Shown piece by piece: positions 51,953 to 63,453 of a stretch of DNA of 64,000 nucleotides. The stretch spans positions 160,001-224,000 of the forward strand of contig CAWCBP010000008.1 of NCBI GenBank assembly GCA_963793865.1, in the 5' to 3' direction. Position 1 is the stretch's first letter; every line of letters starts with the position of its first letter. A program made the translations under genes and the position numbers. Source of the stretch: an uncultured delta proteobacterium (GTDB lineage Bacteria > Desulfobacterota > WTBG01). Below the pieces are notes generated by a model. The model was not told the DNA's origin. It saw only the letters and a program-made list of their open reading frames with translations, and searched no databases.

Positions 51953-52053
51953 CGCAATACCTTTCCCTGTCCTTGCCCGGTTCAGAGGCGGACTGTCAGT
52001 TTGGTTTTTCCGAATCGCCAGTGCAGATGATCGCTTGTGGAGGTACTGCTGCT

Positions 52054-52569
52054 TCAGGTTTTGGGTGCGAGCAGCATGATCATGTTTCTGCCTTCCATCC
52101 GGGGCTGATTTTCGACGACTCCTATGTCCTGGATCTCGGCGATAATCCTGTCCAGCACCGCTTTCCCCATGGACGGATTGCCGATTTCCCTTCCCCTGAA
52201 CATGAGATTTATCTTGGCCTTGTCACCGTGGGTGAGGAAGCGCTTGATGTGCCCTATTTTTACCAGGAGGTCGTGCTCGTCCGTGCGGGGCCTTAACTTG
52301 ATCTCCTTTATGTGCATCACCCCCGGGCCGTGTTTCTTTTTTGCCTGGACGGTTCTTTTCTGCTGCTGGTATTTGAACTTGCCGTAGTCCATGATGCGGC
52401 AGACGGGCGGCACGGCATTGGGCGAAACTTCCACCAGGTCACAGGTCTCTTCGCGCGCCAACCGCAAGGCCTCGGACGTAGGCAGCACACCCAATTGAAC
52501 ACCCTGGCTATTGATTACCCGCACTTCCTTGCTGTTGATTTTTTCGTTGATTCTTTGTTCTTTGGCTAT
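52054..52569 (-). CDS. infC: Translation initiation factor IF-3 with a non-canonical ATA start
   Basis: GGAGG, then ATA GCC AAA GAA CAA AGA ATC AAC in frame; [17 protein letters not shown]. Confidence 0.95.
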   Translation of the reverse strand: MAKEQRINEKINSKEVRVINSQGVQLGVLPTSEALRLAREETCDLVEVSPNAVPPVCRIMDYGKFKYQQQKRTVQAKKKHGPGVMHIKEIKLRPRTDEHDLLVKIGHIKRFLTHGDKAKINLMFRGREIGNPSMGKAVLDRIIAEIQDIGVVENQPRMEGRNMIMLLAPKT

Positions 52570-52601
52570 GTTTTTAACCTCCCAATTGATTGAAGAACCA
52601 C

Positions 52602-54518
52602 TTATGACGGAAACCGTGCTTCCTGTGCGATCAGGGAAATAAAGTCATTGAGCGGCATCAACCCCAGGTCCTTGCCGCTGCGCGTGCGCGGCGACACCCC
52701 GCCGCTCGCCGCCTCTTTATCACCGATGACCAGCATGTAGGGTATTTTTTGCAGCTGGGCTTCCCTTATTTTAAGCCTCAGGCTTTCGTTTCTGAAGTCC
52801 TTTTCAACCCGGACGGAGCTGTCAATCAGCCTTTTAAAAGCCTCCTCAGCGAAGGCATTGTGCTTTTCAGTAATGGTGAGAACTGTTGCTTGAACAGGGG
52901 CAAGCCACGTTGGGAAAGCCCCCGCATAGTGTTCAATCAACACCCCCATGAACCGTTCGATGGATCCGAGGATGACCCGGTGCAGCATGACCGGCCGGTG
53001 CCTGCCTCCGTCCGGACCCATGTAGCTTAAATCGAACCGCTCCGGCAGGGAAAAATCGCACTGGATAGTAGCACATTGCCACTTTCTGTCAAGCACATCT
53101 TTGAGGGTGACATCTATTTTGGGGCCGTAGAATGCCCCTTCGCCCTCGTGAATGAGGAAGGGCAAGCCGTTGTGCTGCAGAACCCGCTTGAGGGCGTCGG
53201 TGGCCCGGTCCCAGTCCTGATCGCTGCCGATGGATTTGGGAGGGCGGGTGCTCAGCTCCATTTCAAATTCGAAATCAAATATCTTCATTACCTCCGCCAC
53301 AAAATCAATAATACCCTTGATTTCGCCGTCCAGTTGCTCCGGGGTGCAGAGTATGTGGGCGTCGTCCTGGGTGAATTCCCGCACCCGGGGAAGTCCATGC
53401 AGCACGCCCGCCCGCTCGTGCCGGTGTACGGTGCCCAGTTCAAAGAATCTCAGCGGAAGGTCGCGATAGCTTCTTATTTTTGACCCGTAAATGAGCATGT
53501 GTGAAAGACAATTCATGGGCTTGAGGCCGTACTGCTGACCATCCACCTCGGTAAAATACATGTGCTCGCGGTAATGGTCCAGGTGGCCGGACTTTTTCCA
53601 CATGTCCACTTTCAGGATCTGAGGGCCTTTTACCAGCTGGTAGCCCCGCTTGAGATGCTCCCGCACTTCAAAGTCCTCGATGATTCTTCTCAGCAGAGCG
53701 CCCTTGGGGTGATATATGATCAGCCCCGCGCCCACCTCGTCATGGATGCTGAAAAGTTCAAGCTCTTTGCCGAGCTTGCGGTGGTCCCGTTTTTTTGCCT
53801 CATCCAGAAAACGGAGATGGCTGTCAAGCTTTTCTTCCCTGGCAAACGCAGTTCCATAGATGCGCTGCAGCATCCGGTTCTTTTCATTTCCCCTCCAGTA
53901 CGCGCCGGCCACGCTGGTCAGCTTGAATGCCCTGACCAGCCCGGTGGAGGGGAGATGGGGGCCGCGGCAAAGATCGGTAAAGCTGCCCTGGGAATAGACG
54001 GAGATGTGATCGTCCTCAATTTCCTCGATGATCTCCACTTTGTAGGGCTCGCCTTTTTCCTTATACATGGTGAGGGCATCATCCCTGGACAGCACTGACC
54101 TGGTAATGGGACGATTCTCGGTGATGATTTCCCGCATGCGCTTTTCTATCTTCTCCAGGTCTTCGGGGGTAAAGGGCCTTTCGTAGTCAAAATCATAGTA
54201 GAAGCCGTTTTCGATGGACGGCCCGATGGTTACCTTCGCCCCGGGATAGAGTTCCTGAACCGCCTGGGCCATGATGTGGGAGGTGGAATGGCGGATGATG
54301 TCCTCTCCCAGGGGAGAGTCGGGGTAAATGTATTCCAGCTTTACATCGTCTGCCATGGGCGTGCTTAAATCAACGGGCGTCCCGTTTACCACTGCTGCAA
54401 TGGGTGATGACCCGTCGCTCCCTCGAGCGCCGCCGACCGCTGAGATAAGCGTTCCCTCGGGATAAACCGCAGATCCACCGTCAGGAAACGTGACCGTTAC
54501 CTGTTTTTTTTGGTTCAT
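52602..54518 (-). CDS. thrS: Threonine--tRNA ligase
   Basis: [38 protein letters not shown]. Confidence 0.98.
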   Translation of the reverse strand: MNQKKQVTVTFPDGGSAVYPEGTLISAVGGARGSDGSSPIAAVVNGTPVDLSTPMADDVKLEYIYPDSPLGEDIIRHSTSHIMAQAVQELYPGAKVTIGPSIENGFYYDFDYERPFTPEDLEKIEKRMREIITENRPITRSVLSRDDALTMYKEKGEPYKVEIIEEIEDDHISVYSQGSFTDLCRGPHLPSTGLVRAFKLTSVAGAYWRGNEKNRMLQRIYGTAFAREEKLDSHLRFLDEAKKRDHRKLGKELELFSIHDEVGAGLIIYHPKGALLRRIIEDFEVREHLKRGYQLVKGPQILKVDMWKKSGHLDHYREHMYFTEVDGQQYGLKPMNCLSHMLIYGSKIRSYRDLPLRFFELGTVHRHERAGVLHGLPRVREFTQDDAHILCTPEQLDGEIKGIIDFVAEVMKIFDFEFEMELSTRPPKSIGSDQDWDRATDALKRVLQHNGLPFLIHEGEGAFYGPKIDVTLKDVLDRKWQCATIQCDFSLPERFDLSYMGPDGGRHRPVMLHRVILGSIERFMGVLIEHYAGAFPTWLAPVQATVLTITEKHNAFAEEAFKRLIDSSVRVEKDFRNESLRLKIREAQLQKIPYMLVIGDKEAASGGVSPRTRSGKDLGLMPLNDFISLIAQEARFPS

Positions 54519-54613
54519 TGCCGTCCTTTTACGCGCTGCTCCTAAAAAAATCTTCCCGCAAAAGCAGGAAAAAGGCACCACAAAAAGTGTTCTTCATGAT
54601 GCCTCAAAAAAAG

Positions 54614-54688
54614 TGGTAGGCACGGGCGGTTTCGAACCGCCGACTTCTACCGTGTCAAGGTAGCGCTCTCCCCCTGAGCTACGTGCCT
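54614..54688 (-). tRNA. tRNA-Val (GAC)
   Basis: Cloverleaf with anticodon arm ctacc-ttGACac-ggtag, GTTCGAAA T-loop and encoded CCA. Confidence 0.96.
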
Positions 54689-54725
54689 ATGCTAAACAAG
54701 TCCAAGAGAGCCTGACAGGGTTGTG

Positions 54726-54754
54726 TATGTACCAATTCCAGGGTTATTTGTCAA
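54726..54754 (-). promoter_or_regulatory. Sigma70 promoter of tRNA-Val/thrS
   Basis: TTGACA-17 nt-TACATA. Confidence 0.6.
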
Positions 54755-54763
54755 GGAAATTAT

Positions 54764-56255
54764 CTATTTAAACGATATGAGGTCCTTCTCGGGGGCAAGC
54801 GGGGGCTTCCTGTTGTGCCAGGTGGTGTTCTGCTCATAGGCGTGGGCAACCTGCAAAAGCGTTTCCTCCCGGAAAAAATTTGCCAGTATCTGTACCCCTA
54901 TGGGCAGGCCGTCCTCCGTGAAGCCGCAGGGCACTGAAATCCCGGGGATGCCGGCAAGGCTGGCGGGTACGGTAAAAATGTCCGCGAGGTACACGCTCAG
55001 GGGGTCGTGAAGCTTTTCCCCGAGAGAAAAGGGTGGATTGGGGCATGTGGGTGTGATGATGACATCGCATTCCCGGAAGGCGCTGCTGAAGTCATCGCCG
55101 GATGAGGGTTCTTACCTGGGAGGCTTTTTTATAATAGGCATCGTAGTATCCCGCCGAAAGGGCGTAGGTCCCGAGCATGATCCGCCGCTTCACCTCCACG
55201 CCGAACCCTTCTGAGCGGGAGCGAGTGTACATGTCCAGCAACCCGCCTTCTTCGCCGCCGCGGAATCCATACTTCACGCCGTCGTAGCGGGCCAGGTTGG
55301 AGCTGGCCTCGGCCGGGGCGACAAGGTAATAGGCCGCCACCGCGTATTCCGTGTGCGGAAGTGAAATTTCCCTGATCTCCATCTTCAGCCCCTCGAGCAC
55401 CCTGACTGATTCCCTGACCGCCCGTTCGATGCCGGCGTCAAGACCGGAGGTAAAATATTCACCGGGGATGCCCACCCGCATGCCGGCCACCTCTTTGCCA
55501 AGGACAGCGGTATAGTCGGGAACGGCGGCGTTGGCTGAAGTTGAGTCGAGGCGGTCGTAGCCGCTGATCCCGTTCAGGAGCATGGCCGCGTCCCGCACGT
55601 CTTTGGCCATCGGGCCCACCTGGTCGAGAGAAGATGCAAAGGCGATCAGCCCGAACCGGGAAACCCTGCCGTAGGTGGGCTTCAATCCCACCAGGCCGCA
55701 GAAGGCGGCGGGCTGCCGTATGGATCCGCCGGTGTCCGTGCCCAGCGCCGCGATGCATTCATCAGCGGCCACGGCGGCGGCCGAACCTCCGCTGGATCCG
55801 CCGGGAATCAGCGCGGGGTTCCACGGGTTGCGGGTCGGGCCGAAACAGGAGTTTTCCGTTGACGAACCCATTGCGAATTCGTCCATGTTGGTGCGCCCGA
55901 CAAAAACGGCACCCTGTTCGGCCAGGGCGTTTATGACCGTGGCGCTGTAAGGGGGAATAAACTGAGCAAGGCTTTTGGATCCGCAGGTGGTGGCAATTCC
56001 CTTGATGCACAGATTGTCTTTGATGGCGAGAGGAATGCCGGTCAGCAAACCCGCTGAGCCCGACCCGATGCGTTCGTCCGCCCGTTGTGCCCCCTCCCGC
56101 GCCAGGTCGGAAGTCACGGTAATGTAGGCATGAACCTTCTCATCCACCGCGTCGATGCGCTTGAGGACCGATTCGGTAATCTCACGCGAGGTTACTTCCC
56201 CCGCGGCCAGCAGGGCGTGCAGCTCGTAAATGGTTTTGCTGTAAAGCTCCGTCAT
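54764..56255 (-). CDS. gatA: Asp/Glu-tRNA amidotransferase subunit A; apparent frameshift near 55092-55098
   Basis: [40 protein letters not shown]; continues DFSSAF...[10 protein letters not shown] in the next frame. Confidence 0.95.
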
Positions 56256-56542
56256 TGCTCTATAACCTTGGGCACCTTGATGCACCCTTTTTCCTGTGAC
56301 GGCGCGTTCTGAAGGAGAAGGACGCAGTCGGCGAAGGCAGCCACCTCGTCGTCGCGAAAGGGGGTGTCTGTCCCAACCGGATGAGAGGTGGGCGGGATAT
56401 CCCGCGTATCAACGCGCTGAAGCGTATCGAAGTAGTCCAGAATGGTATTGAGCTGCGCGACAAAGGTGGTAAGCTCTTCCTGGCTGAAGCTCAGGCGGGC
56501 GAGCTGAGCCACGCGCATAACCTGCTCTCGGTCAATTTTCAC
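56252..56542 (-). CDS. gatC: Asp/Glu-tRNA amidotransferase subunit C
   Basis: VAQLARL, PTSH, FRDD, NAP, VPKVIE; GTG start after AAGGAG. Confidence 0.95.
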   Translation of the reverse strand: MKIDREQVMRVAQLARLSFSQEELTTFVAQLNTILDYFDTLQRVDTRDIPPTSHPVGTDTPFRDDEVAAFADCVLLLQNAPSQEKGCIKVPKVIEQ

Positions 56543-56776
56543 CGGCTTCTCCTTGAAGAAAACGCTGCTTGCCAAACTCTCATCGATACCGTTAGACCGG
56601 AGTTAGATAACAGAACGCGGGTCAAATGTCAAACCTTGTCCGTGCGCCACTCGGGCCGGATGAAAAAAACATTTAACCGCAGAAGATTCTGTGCTATGAA
56701 ATACCCGTGTGGTTGGATTTTTTCACGATACATGGTGTATCTCAAAACCGTCCCTCACGGAAAGGAGAGAAGTAAT

Positions 56777-57112
56777 ATGCGCTTGAAAACGATGGCAGTG
56801 ATTGCGGGCATGGTCATGATGCTGTACGGATGTCTCAGCGTGGGCAGGCCGTTCGAATCAGATGATTTATCCTGGATCCACAAAAATAAGACCGCCAAGG
56901 ACGATGTCTACGACGAGCTGGGGGAACCCTTCCGGGTGGGGAGTGATTCTGGAAAGCTTACCTGGACCTACGGTTACTATAAATACAGCGCCTTCGGTTC
57001 GACACGCACCAAGGATCTGGTAATCTACTTCAACAAGGACGGAACGGTTGAGAGCTACGTGTTCAGCACCAGCTTTCCCGAGGAAAAGGAGCTGTGGAGG
57101 GAAAAAAAGTAA
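56777..57112 (+). CDS. SmpA/OmlA (BamE)-like lipoprotein
   Basis: Lipobox LYGC; GEP...WTYGY...LVIYFNKDGTV. Confidence 0.75.
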   Translation: MRLKTMAVIAGMVMMLYGCLSVGRPFESDDLSWIHKNKTAKDDVYDELGEPFRVGSDSGKLTWTYGYYKYSAFGSTRTKDLVIYFNKDGTVESYVFSTSFPEEKELWREKK

Positions 57113-57157
57113 GCTGAATGCGGGGGGGGTTATTGCACGATGCTGAAACGTGCAGTC

Positions 57158-59257
57158 TCACCCGAGTCCCCAGGCCGCAGCCAGCGAGCGGTCGGGCAGC
57201 TCCCACACCGCCTTGTGCAGCGCGGCCATGCGCTCAGGGTCGTAGAGCAATTCGATCTTTTCCGTCGGCGTGAGGTTCCCCGGGCCTTTGAGCAATGCCT
57301 TTTCCTGAAGCGCCTGCCGGCGCTTGCCGATTTTAAACGACGGCGGCCGCCTTGTACCCGCCAGCCTGATGTGAAGCTCATTGACGAACGGCTCCACCAC
57401 CGCCCGCACGAAACCATTCGGTTCCCTGACCCCCAGCGATACATCGAGTTCGCCAAGCTTCTGTTGGATACTTCGTATCCACTCCAGCTCCAGGGGAGGA
57501 TTCAGCTCTTCGGGAATGACCAGCAATCCTCTCGCACGGAAGGCGCGGCCGATGGAGGACCGGCTGGTCAGCACCGACAGGGGTATGGCAAGGATCAGCC
57601 CGGCAAGGACCGGGGTGATCCACCAGAAGAAGGTTCGGTTGATGATGAAGGTTGCGATACCCCACACCAGTCCCAGGACGGTGCTTCCCCAGTGGAAGCT
57701 GACGGCCACCCGCCAGGGGGTGCCCGTTTCCTGCCGGCTCTGAGCCCCCCAGCCGACCTGTTTTCCCATCAGGGTGAGAAGCACAAACTTGCTGTTGAAG
57801 AGCATGCGTACCGGCGCGAAGAGCGCCGACAAAAGAATTTCAGTGAGTATGCTCAGCATCAGTTTAAACGCCCCGCCCATCGACCGGGCAGAGCCTTTTC
57901 TGAGAACGTGCAGCAGAAAGGCCAGCGGCTTGGGCAGGAAGAGAATGATGATGGTTATGAAAAGCAGCGCCATTGAACGCTCCGGCCGCCACACCGGCCA
58001 GTCCGGAAAGAGGCTTATGGTCTCGGTAAAATAAGCCGGTGTCACCATCTCATGGTAGACTGCTTCTATGGTGCAGATGATGAGAAAGAGCAGCCAGAAG
58101 AGGGCGGTCAGGTAGGCCATGGCCCCGTTTAAGAACATGGCACGGTGAGCCGGGCAGAGCCCCTTGATAAACAGCAGGCGGAGGTGCTGCAGGTTCCCCT
58201 GGCACCACCGGCGGTCCCGCTTCAGGTCATCGAGCAGCGTCGGCGGCATTTCTTCGTAGCTGCCCTCCAGATTATAGGCCAGCCACACCGCCCAGCCCGC
58301 GCGGCGCATGAGGGCCGCTTCCACAAAATCGTGGCTGAGAATTTCCCCGCCCAGCGGGGGCTTTCCGGACAGGCGCGGCAGATCGCAATGCTCCATGAAC
58401 GGCTTGATCCTGATAATGGCGTTGTGTCCCCAGAAGTGCGCGTCACCCAGCTGCCAGAAATGGAGCCCTGCGGCAAACATGGGTCCGTAAATATTGTTGG
58501 TAAATTGCTGCAGCCGGGCAATGAGACTGTCCCTTCCAACACCCTTGGGCACGGTCTGGAGGATGCCGACGCTGTAGTTCTGCTCCATGATTTCCACCAT
58601 GCGAACCAGCGTCGAGCCGGTCATAATGCTGTCCGCGTCCAGGACGATCATGTAGCGGTAGTTATGCCCCCAGCGTCGGCAGAAGTCGGCAATGTTTCCG
58701 CTTTTGCGCTTGCGGTTGATTCTCCGGCGCCGGTAAAACAGCTTCCCAAAGCCGTTGAGCAGGTGGCACAGCTTGTACCAGCACCACTCTTCGTCGATCC
58801 AGGTGTCGGGGTCGCCGGTGTCGCTGAGGATGAAAAAATCAAAATATTCTCGCCTGCCCAGCGCTTCCAGCGATTTGTACACCGCGCCCATGCCGGCGAA
58901 AACCCTGGAGGGATCCTCGTTGCAGATGGGCATGAGTATGGCGGTGCGGGGATGGGAGGCGCTTGCTGCCAGATCCATGCTCGGCAAATCCGGAAGGGAA
59001 AACCGGTTGACGCGGCGGAGGAGCACAAAAAAGCCGACCACCGCAGTCCAGAACCCCATGGAGATCCAGACAAAAAGGGTGGTAAACAGGATCAGGACCA
59101 CCAGCTCCAGTGTGGTGCTGCCCTGCTGAGGCAGGAGATAGGCCATGTAGCCGCTGCAGAAAACAGTGGGCACAATGATGAGCAGTAAAAAGAGGATTCG
59201 CCTCCAGGTGGCTATCCCGGCTTTCAGGGTATAGAGATGTTCGTTCTGCGAAGACAT
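57158..59257 (-). CDS. opgH: Periplasmic glucan biosynthesis glucosyltransferase OpgH/MdoH
   Basis: MPICNED, RKSGNIADFCRRWG, LDADS, LSHDFVEA, RDRRWCQGNLQH. Confidence 0.96.
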   Translation of the reverse strand: MSSQNEHLYTLKAGIATWRRILFLLLIIVPTVFCSGYMAYLLPQQGSTTLELVVLILFTTLFVWISMGFWTAVVGFFVLLRRVNRFSLPDLPSMDLAASASHPRTAILMPICNEDPSRVFAGMGAVYKSLEALGRREYFDFFILSDTGDPDTWIDEEWCWYKLCHLLNGFGKLFYRRRRINRKRKSGNIADFCRRWGHNYRYMIVLDADSIMTGSTLVRMVEIMEQNYSVGILQTVPKGVGRDSLIARLQQFTNNIYGPMFAAGLHFWQLGDAHFWGHNAIIRIKPFMEHCDLPRLSGKPPLGGEILSHDFVEAALMRRAGWAVWLAYNLEGSYEEMPPTLLDDLKRDRRWCQGNLQHLRLLFIKGLCPAHRAMFLNGAMAYLTALFWLLFLIICTIEAVYHEMVTPAYFTETISLFPDWPVWRPERSMALLFITIIILFLPKPLAFLLHVLRKGSARSMGGAFKLMLSILTEILLSALFAPVRMLFNSKFVLLTLMGKQVGWGAQSRQETGTPWRVAVSFHWGSTVLGLVWGIATFIINRTFFWWITPVLAGLILAIPLSVLTSRSSIGRAFRARGLLVIPEELNPPLELEWIRSIQQKLGELDVSLGVREPNGFVRAVVEPFVNELHIRLAGTRRPPSFKIGKRRQALQEKALLKGPGNLTPTEKIELLYDPERMAALHKAVWELPDRSLAAAWGLG

Positions 59258-59278
59258 TGCGCACCGGCCCCGGCGAGT

Positions 59279-59797
59279 TTACAGCCAGAAGAAAAGTCCA
59301 ACCAGCAAAAGAATGTTAAAAAGAATAAGCAGCGGTATGAGAAGGGGACGCAGCTGGGTGATCACGGTGGTCAGGTATGATTCGGTCGACATCCATTCCG
59401 GCAACTGGTCGAATTTCACCGGCAGCATATGACCGCGATTCAAAGGGGGCGTGCTTTTCAAGCCATCCAGACCCTGTTTAAAAAATCCCATGCTGTACAG
59501 CTTGGATTGCCCGTCGCTCATGAGCGGCAGGCCGGAGGTTTTCAGCAGGGCCCGGAGCGACTCCACGGCCGCGGGGGTGATGTCCTGTTTCCCCCCCTGG
59601 GCGCCCAGCCGGGCGAGTGACTCCAGGGCGAGGGTAAGCTGCTCTTTGCCGGGCGGCACGTTAAGGCACTTGAGATAGCGCAGCAAACGCTCCTGGGTAA
59701 TGTCCCAGCCTTCAGCGGGCGACTGCGGCGCCGGGAGCGCACGCTCCTCCTGACGACGCGGGTTTTCGGTATCAACTGACGATGGAGAGATGCTCAT
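59279..59797 (-). CDS. Membrane-anchored protein between opgG and opgH, resembling a detached OpgH N-terminal region
   Basis: Ends with PPLNRGHMLP followed by one C-terminal TM helix. Confidence 0.6.
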   Translation of the reverse strand: MSISPSSVDTENPRRQEERALPAPQSPAEGWDITQERLLRYLKCLNVPPGKEQLTLALESLARLGAQGGKQDITPAAVESLRALLKTSGLPLMSDGQSKLYSMGFFKQGLDGLKSTPPLNRGHMLPVKFDQLPEWMSTESYLTTVITQLRPLLIPLLILFNILLLVGLFFWL

Positions 59798-59808
59798 GCC
59801 ATTGTCTC

Positions 59809-61452
59809 TTACAGCCGCAGTCCGTAGCTCCATGTTTCAGTGAGCACATTCTGCCCCCGCCGCAGGAAGGCACGGATTTCAAATATCTGTTTTCTTTCAG
59901 GCAGCACCTTTTCAACCAGGGTCGCGGGATTCGCGGGCTCTATCTGAAAAACCAGACGCCATCCGCCGGACGCGGTATTTTTAAAAACCTGCTGCTCGAT
60001 CAATCTGCACTCGTTGGGCACGGTGACGACGCCCTCAACCACATCATTGTCCTTAAGCGGTTCCAGCTCGCCGCCGGCGAAATCGATGCAAATTTTCTTT
60101 GCATCCCGGGTATTGCCTGCGCCGATCCTGGTGGCGGTCACCCGCCCGGTGGGAGGACAGATCTGCTCACAAAATGCCCAGCGCATGGTGTATTCGTAAG
60201 CAAGCGGTTCATTAAGCGGGCCGAGAACATCAGGCTGCCAGAATGCCACTATGTTGTCATGTATGTGACTTTCAGTGGGAATCTGAATGAGCTCCACGTG
60301 TCCCTTTCCCCAATCGCCAACCGGCTGTATCCATACGCTGGGACGGAGCTCCGGGCGGGTTTCCAGATCCTGGTAGTGGTCAAAGTCGGTATCCCGCTGC
60401 ATGAGGCCGAAACCGGCGATGTTGTCCGCCTGAAAGGTGTTTACCCAAAGGGTTGAAGGGTTAACCAGCGGGCGCCAGAGCCACTCGCCCGATTTTAAGG
60501 CGATCTGGAGACCGTCAGAATCGTGAATCTCGGGGCGCATGTCATCGACGGGCCTGAAATTGGTGTTTTCGCCGTAGAAAAACATGCTGGTCAGCGATGC
60601 GATCCCCAGTTTTTTTTCTTTCCGCCTGAAGAGTTTGCTGGTCACTTCTAAAACGGTTTCTTTTCCCGGCTTGATTACGTAGCGGTACGCGCCGGTCAGG
60701 CTGGGGCTGTCGAGGAGCGCATAGACGGTGATCTGTTTATCGTTGAGGCCCGGTTTTGCTATCCAGAATTCCTTGAAAAAGGGGAATTCCTCTCCCGAGG
60801 GAGATCCCGTGTCTATGGCGATGCCTCTGGCCGAAAGGCCGTACACCTGGCCCCTGGCAATGGCACGGAAGTAGCTGGCCCCGAGAAATACCAGGAACTC
60901 ATCCTTGTAGGTCTTGGTAAGAATATTGCAATGGAGCCTGAAGCCTGCAAAACCGACGGTGTTCGGGACGCTGGCCTTGAAATCGTTGGTGCCGTAGTCG
61001 AAGAGCTCGGTGGAAAAGGGGAGAGCTTTTACCCCGGACGGGCTGATAATGTTGATGGTAACCGGAATGTTGTAATAAAAGCCGGGGTGGAAAAATTGCA
61101 CTTCGAAGGGCAGCTTTTCATCCCGCCACAGGGATTGCTCAGGCTTGTATCGGATGTTGCGCCACTGATCGTAATTGATCTCCAGCAGGAACGAGGGAAT
61201 GCGTCCAAAGGGATCTTTAAAGGGAGTCTGAGCAAGCTCGCGGGCTTTCCCGACCACGTGTTCCAGACCGAACGTCGTCTTCGCGGGTGTTTTGGCTTCA
61301 ACAGTATTTGCCGCGGCGCAATCAGAAACCGGGAGTGTACAATGAAACATAAACCATACTCCCGACAGGAAAGCGCTCATCGCCAGTACCCGGACAGGAC
61401 GATTGCGCCACAGCAATCGTTTTGAACGCGCTTTTTTATTGCTCGTGATCAC
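59809..61452 (-). CDS. opgG: Periplasmic glucan biosynthesis protein OpgG/MdoG
   Basis: FLGASYFRA, YGLSARG, EEFPFF, RPEIHDSDGL, DNIVAFW, LTETWSY. Confidence 0.96.
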   Translation of the reverse strand: MITSNKKARSKRLLWRNRPVRVLAMSAFLSGVWFMFHCTLPVSDCAAANTVEAKTPAKTTFGLEHVVGKARELAQTPFKDPFGRIPSFLLEINYDQWRNIRYKPEQSLWRDEKLPFEVQFFHPGFYYNIPVTINIISPSGVKALPFSTELFDYGTNDFKASVPNTVGFAGFRLHCNILTKTYKDEFLVFLGASYFRAIARGQVYGLSARGIAIDTGSPSGEEFPFFKEFWIAKPGLNDKQITVYALLDSPSLTGAYRYVIKPGKETVLEVTSKLFRRKEKKLGIASLTSMFFYGENTNFRPVDDMRPEIHDSDGLQIALKSGEWLWRPLVNPSTLWVNTFQADNIAGFGLMQRDTDFDHYQDLETRPELRPSVWIQPVGDWGKGHVELIQIPTESHIHDNIVAFWQPDVLGPLNEPLAYEYTMRWAFCEQICPPTGRVTATRIGAGNTRDAKKICIDFAGGELEPLKDNDVVEGVVTVPNECRLIEQQVFKNTASGGWRLVFQIEPANPATLVEKVLPERKQIFEIRAFLRRGQNVLTETWSYGLRL

Positions 61453-61705
61453 GGGAATGACCTTTCTGCAGGCAGCGTTTTAAAAAACATATATATTTTT
61501 CTTTTTCAAAAAGCAAGGTGTATCAGCCGGGGCGCACCCCGTTGCCGTGTTTCAGGCAATGGCCTCTCATCTAAGACTTTTCCCCCCACCCCTTGCCTTT
61601 CTCGCGTAAAAAGGCGAAGGATGGGGGGAAATCATGTATACAGAAATCGACAGCTCATGGCATGCAGAGCCGTACCGTGCATGTGAGCTCTATGCCTGCG
61701 GGGTC

Positions 61706-62203
61706 TTATTTCACGATCTTAAATTCAGCCCGCCTGTTCTTGGCCCAGGCGCTTTCATTGTGTCCGGGCTCGGCCGGCTTTTCTTCACCGAAACTCAAGG
61801 TGGTGACATTCTGCATGGAAACACCCATGGTGGAGAGATAATTCTTGGCTGCTAATGCCCGGCGCTCTCCCAGGGCGATGTTGTACTCGTCGGTTCCGCG
61901 CTCGTCGCAATGGCCTTCAATGCGGATCTTTTTCTCGGGGTTCTTGGAGAGCCAGTCTCCGATCTTCTTCAGCACTATAATGGAGCTCGGATCCAGATCG
62001 GCTTTATCAAAGTTGAAATAAATGGTATTGAGGATTTTCCCCTCGGCCATGACATCGGTATCTTCAGCTTCAGGAGTGACGACCTGCTGGGCAGCAGTAT
62101 CAGGAGCTGCCGCTGTTTCTTTTTTTGTATGCGAGCAGCCCTGCATGATCACCAACGCTGCTATAGCAATGGTTATTATTACTTCCTTGATCCGCTTGTC
62201 CAT
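61706..62203 (-). CDS. pal: Peptidoglycan-associated lipoprotein
   Basis: Lipobox MQGC; IEGHCDERGTDEYNIALGERRA; AWAKNRRAE. Confidence 0.93.
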   Translation of the reverse strand: MDKRIKEVIITIAIAALVIMQGCSHTKKETAAAPDTAAQQVVTPEAEDTDVMAEGKILNTIYFNFDKADLDPSSIIVLKKIGDWLSKNPEKKIRIEGHCDERGTDEYNIALGERRALAAKNYLSTMGVSMQNVTTLSFGEEKPAEPGHNESAWAKNRRAEFKIVK

Positions 62204-62577
62204 ACCCTACTCCTCCTTCAATGAATTGTTAGTGATGCATAAAACGTTCTACCGTCTCGCGATTGCCTGGAACGGAAGGCAGTTTTTTATTAATCTGGTA
62301 TTATAATCCTTTATTATTTTTTTACCAGCTATTTTTTTATTTTTTTACCCCTGGGGATGGGCGGGGAGGATTCGCGTCGCGATTGCTGCTCTCGTGTATG
62401 GATGAGGCAATTTAAATATGTTTAGTATGAAAAGTGCCGGGGTATGACACTGCCGCAGCACTGGTTAAATTTTTTTTGACTATCCTGACAATGCGCCGTA
62501 TACTTTTCATGCCCGCTTCAAGGCATGCGCTCCGGGGGTGCCGGAACAATGCCGGGGCAGCGGCATGTGCCAGTGCT

Positions 62578-63260
62578 ATGAAAAGAACGGTGGAGACTGA
62601 ACTCATGGAGGATGTGGCGGGGGCTGAGGGATATGCCCGCGCCGACTTTGAAGAGGCCCACAGCCGGGTTATAGACCTGTTCGACGCCGTGTTCAGCGGG
62701 ATCGAAATTACCGGTACCGTTCTCGATCTCGGGTGCGGTCCGGGCGATGTAACCTTCCGTTTTTCCGCAGGTTTCCGGAGGCATCCTTTGTTGCAGTGGA
62801 CGGTTCGGCGGCAATGATTGCCCTGGCGCGTGAGCGCCGGGAACGCTCGGCTGCCGGAGCGAACATCAGCTTTATTGAGACGTCCCTTTCGGGTGAGGCA
62901 GTTCCGCGCAGGGTTTATGATGCGATTATCAGCACCAGCTGCCTCCATCACCTGCATGACCCCACTGTCCTGTGGAAAACAATCATGCGCCACGCCGTGC
63001 CCGGGACAAAAATATTTGTCTATGATCTGCTTCGGCCCGGGGACCGGAAATCGGCGGCAGACATGGTTGAACATTATTCGGGCGGAGAGCCGGAGGTGCT
63101 CAAACGGGACTTTTACAACTCTCTGCTCGCGGCATTTGAGCCGGCCGAGGTCGCGCACCAGCTTGTTTGCTGCGGGCTCGGTGAACTGTCGGTCAGGGCT
63201 GTAAGTGACCGGCACATGATTGTTTTCGGTAAAAAAAGACCCGGCAGGGCATCTCCTTGA
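62578..63260 (+). CDS. Class I SAM-dependent methyltransferase; apparent frameshift in the T run at 62760-62764
   Basis: VLDLGCGPGD in the first ORF; VDGSAAMI, LHHLHDP and DLLRP in the second. Confidence 0.85.
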
Positions 63261-63280
63261 GCAGCTGTCTGTGCCGAAAA

Positions 63281-63318
63281 GAACATTAATACCCCTGTTG
63301 GAGGGGTATTAATGTTTT
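63281..63318 (+). terminator. Long hairpin terminator
   Basis: aacattaatacccct...aggggtattaatgtt. Confidence 0.7.
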
Positions 63319-63405
63319 GAGCCGGGAAACGGGCCTGTTAGATATTTATATTAAATTCAATAAGTTATATACTGTGGCGCAGGTTGATGAGCCTGCTTTC
63401 AGGCA

Positions 63406-63421
63406 TGGTATTAAACTTGCT
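63406..63421 (+). promoter_or_regulatory. Candidate sigma54 promoter
   Basis: TGGTAT-TAAAC-TTGCT (GG-N10-GC spacing). Confidence 0.5.
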
Positions 63422-63453
63422 CAGTATTGCAGGCAAGCGATATGGAGGTCCCG

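Noticed and set aside
54614..54688. tRNA as an integration site for a genomic island
   Set aside because: Flanked by housekeeping genes; no duplicated 3' end or integrase.
54764..56542. Missing gatB as an anomaly
   Set aside because: gatB is often encoded apart from gatCA; this cannot be judged from one window.
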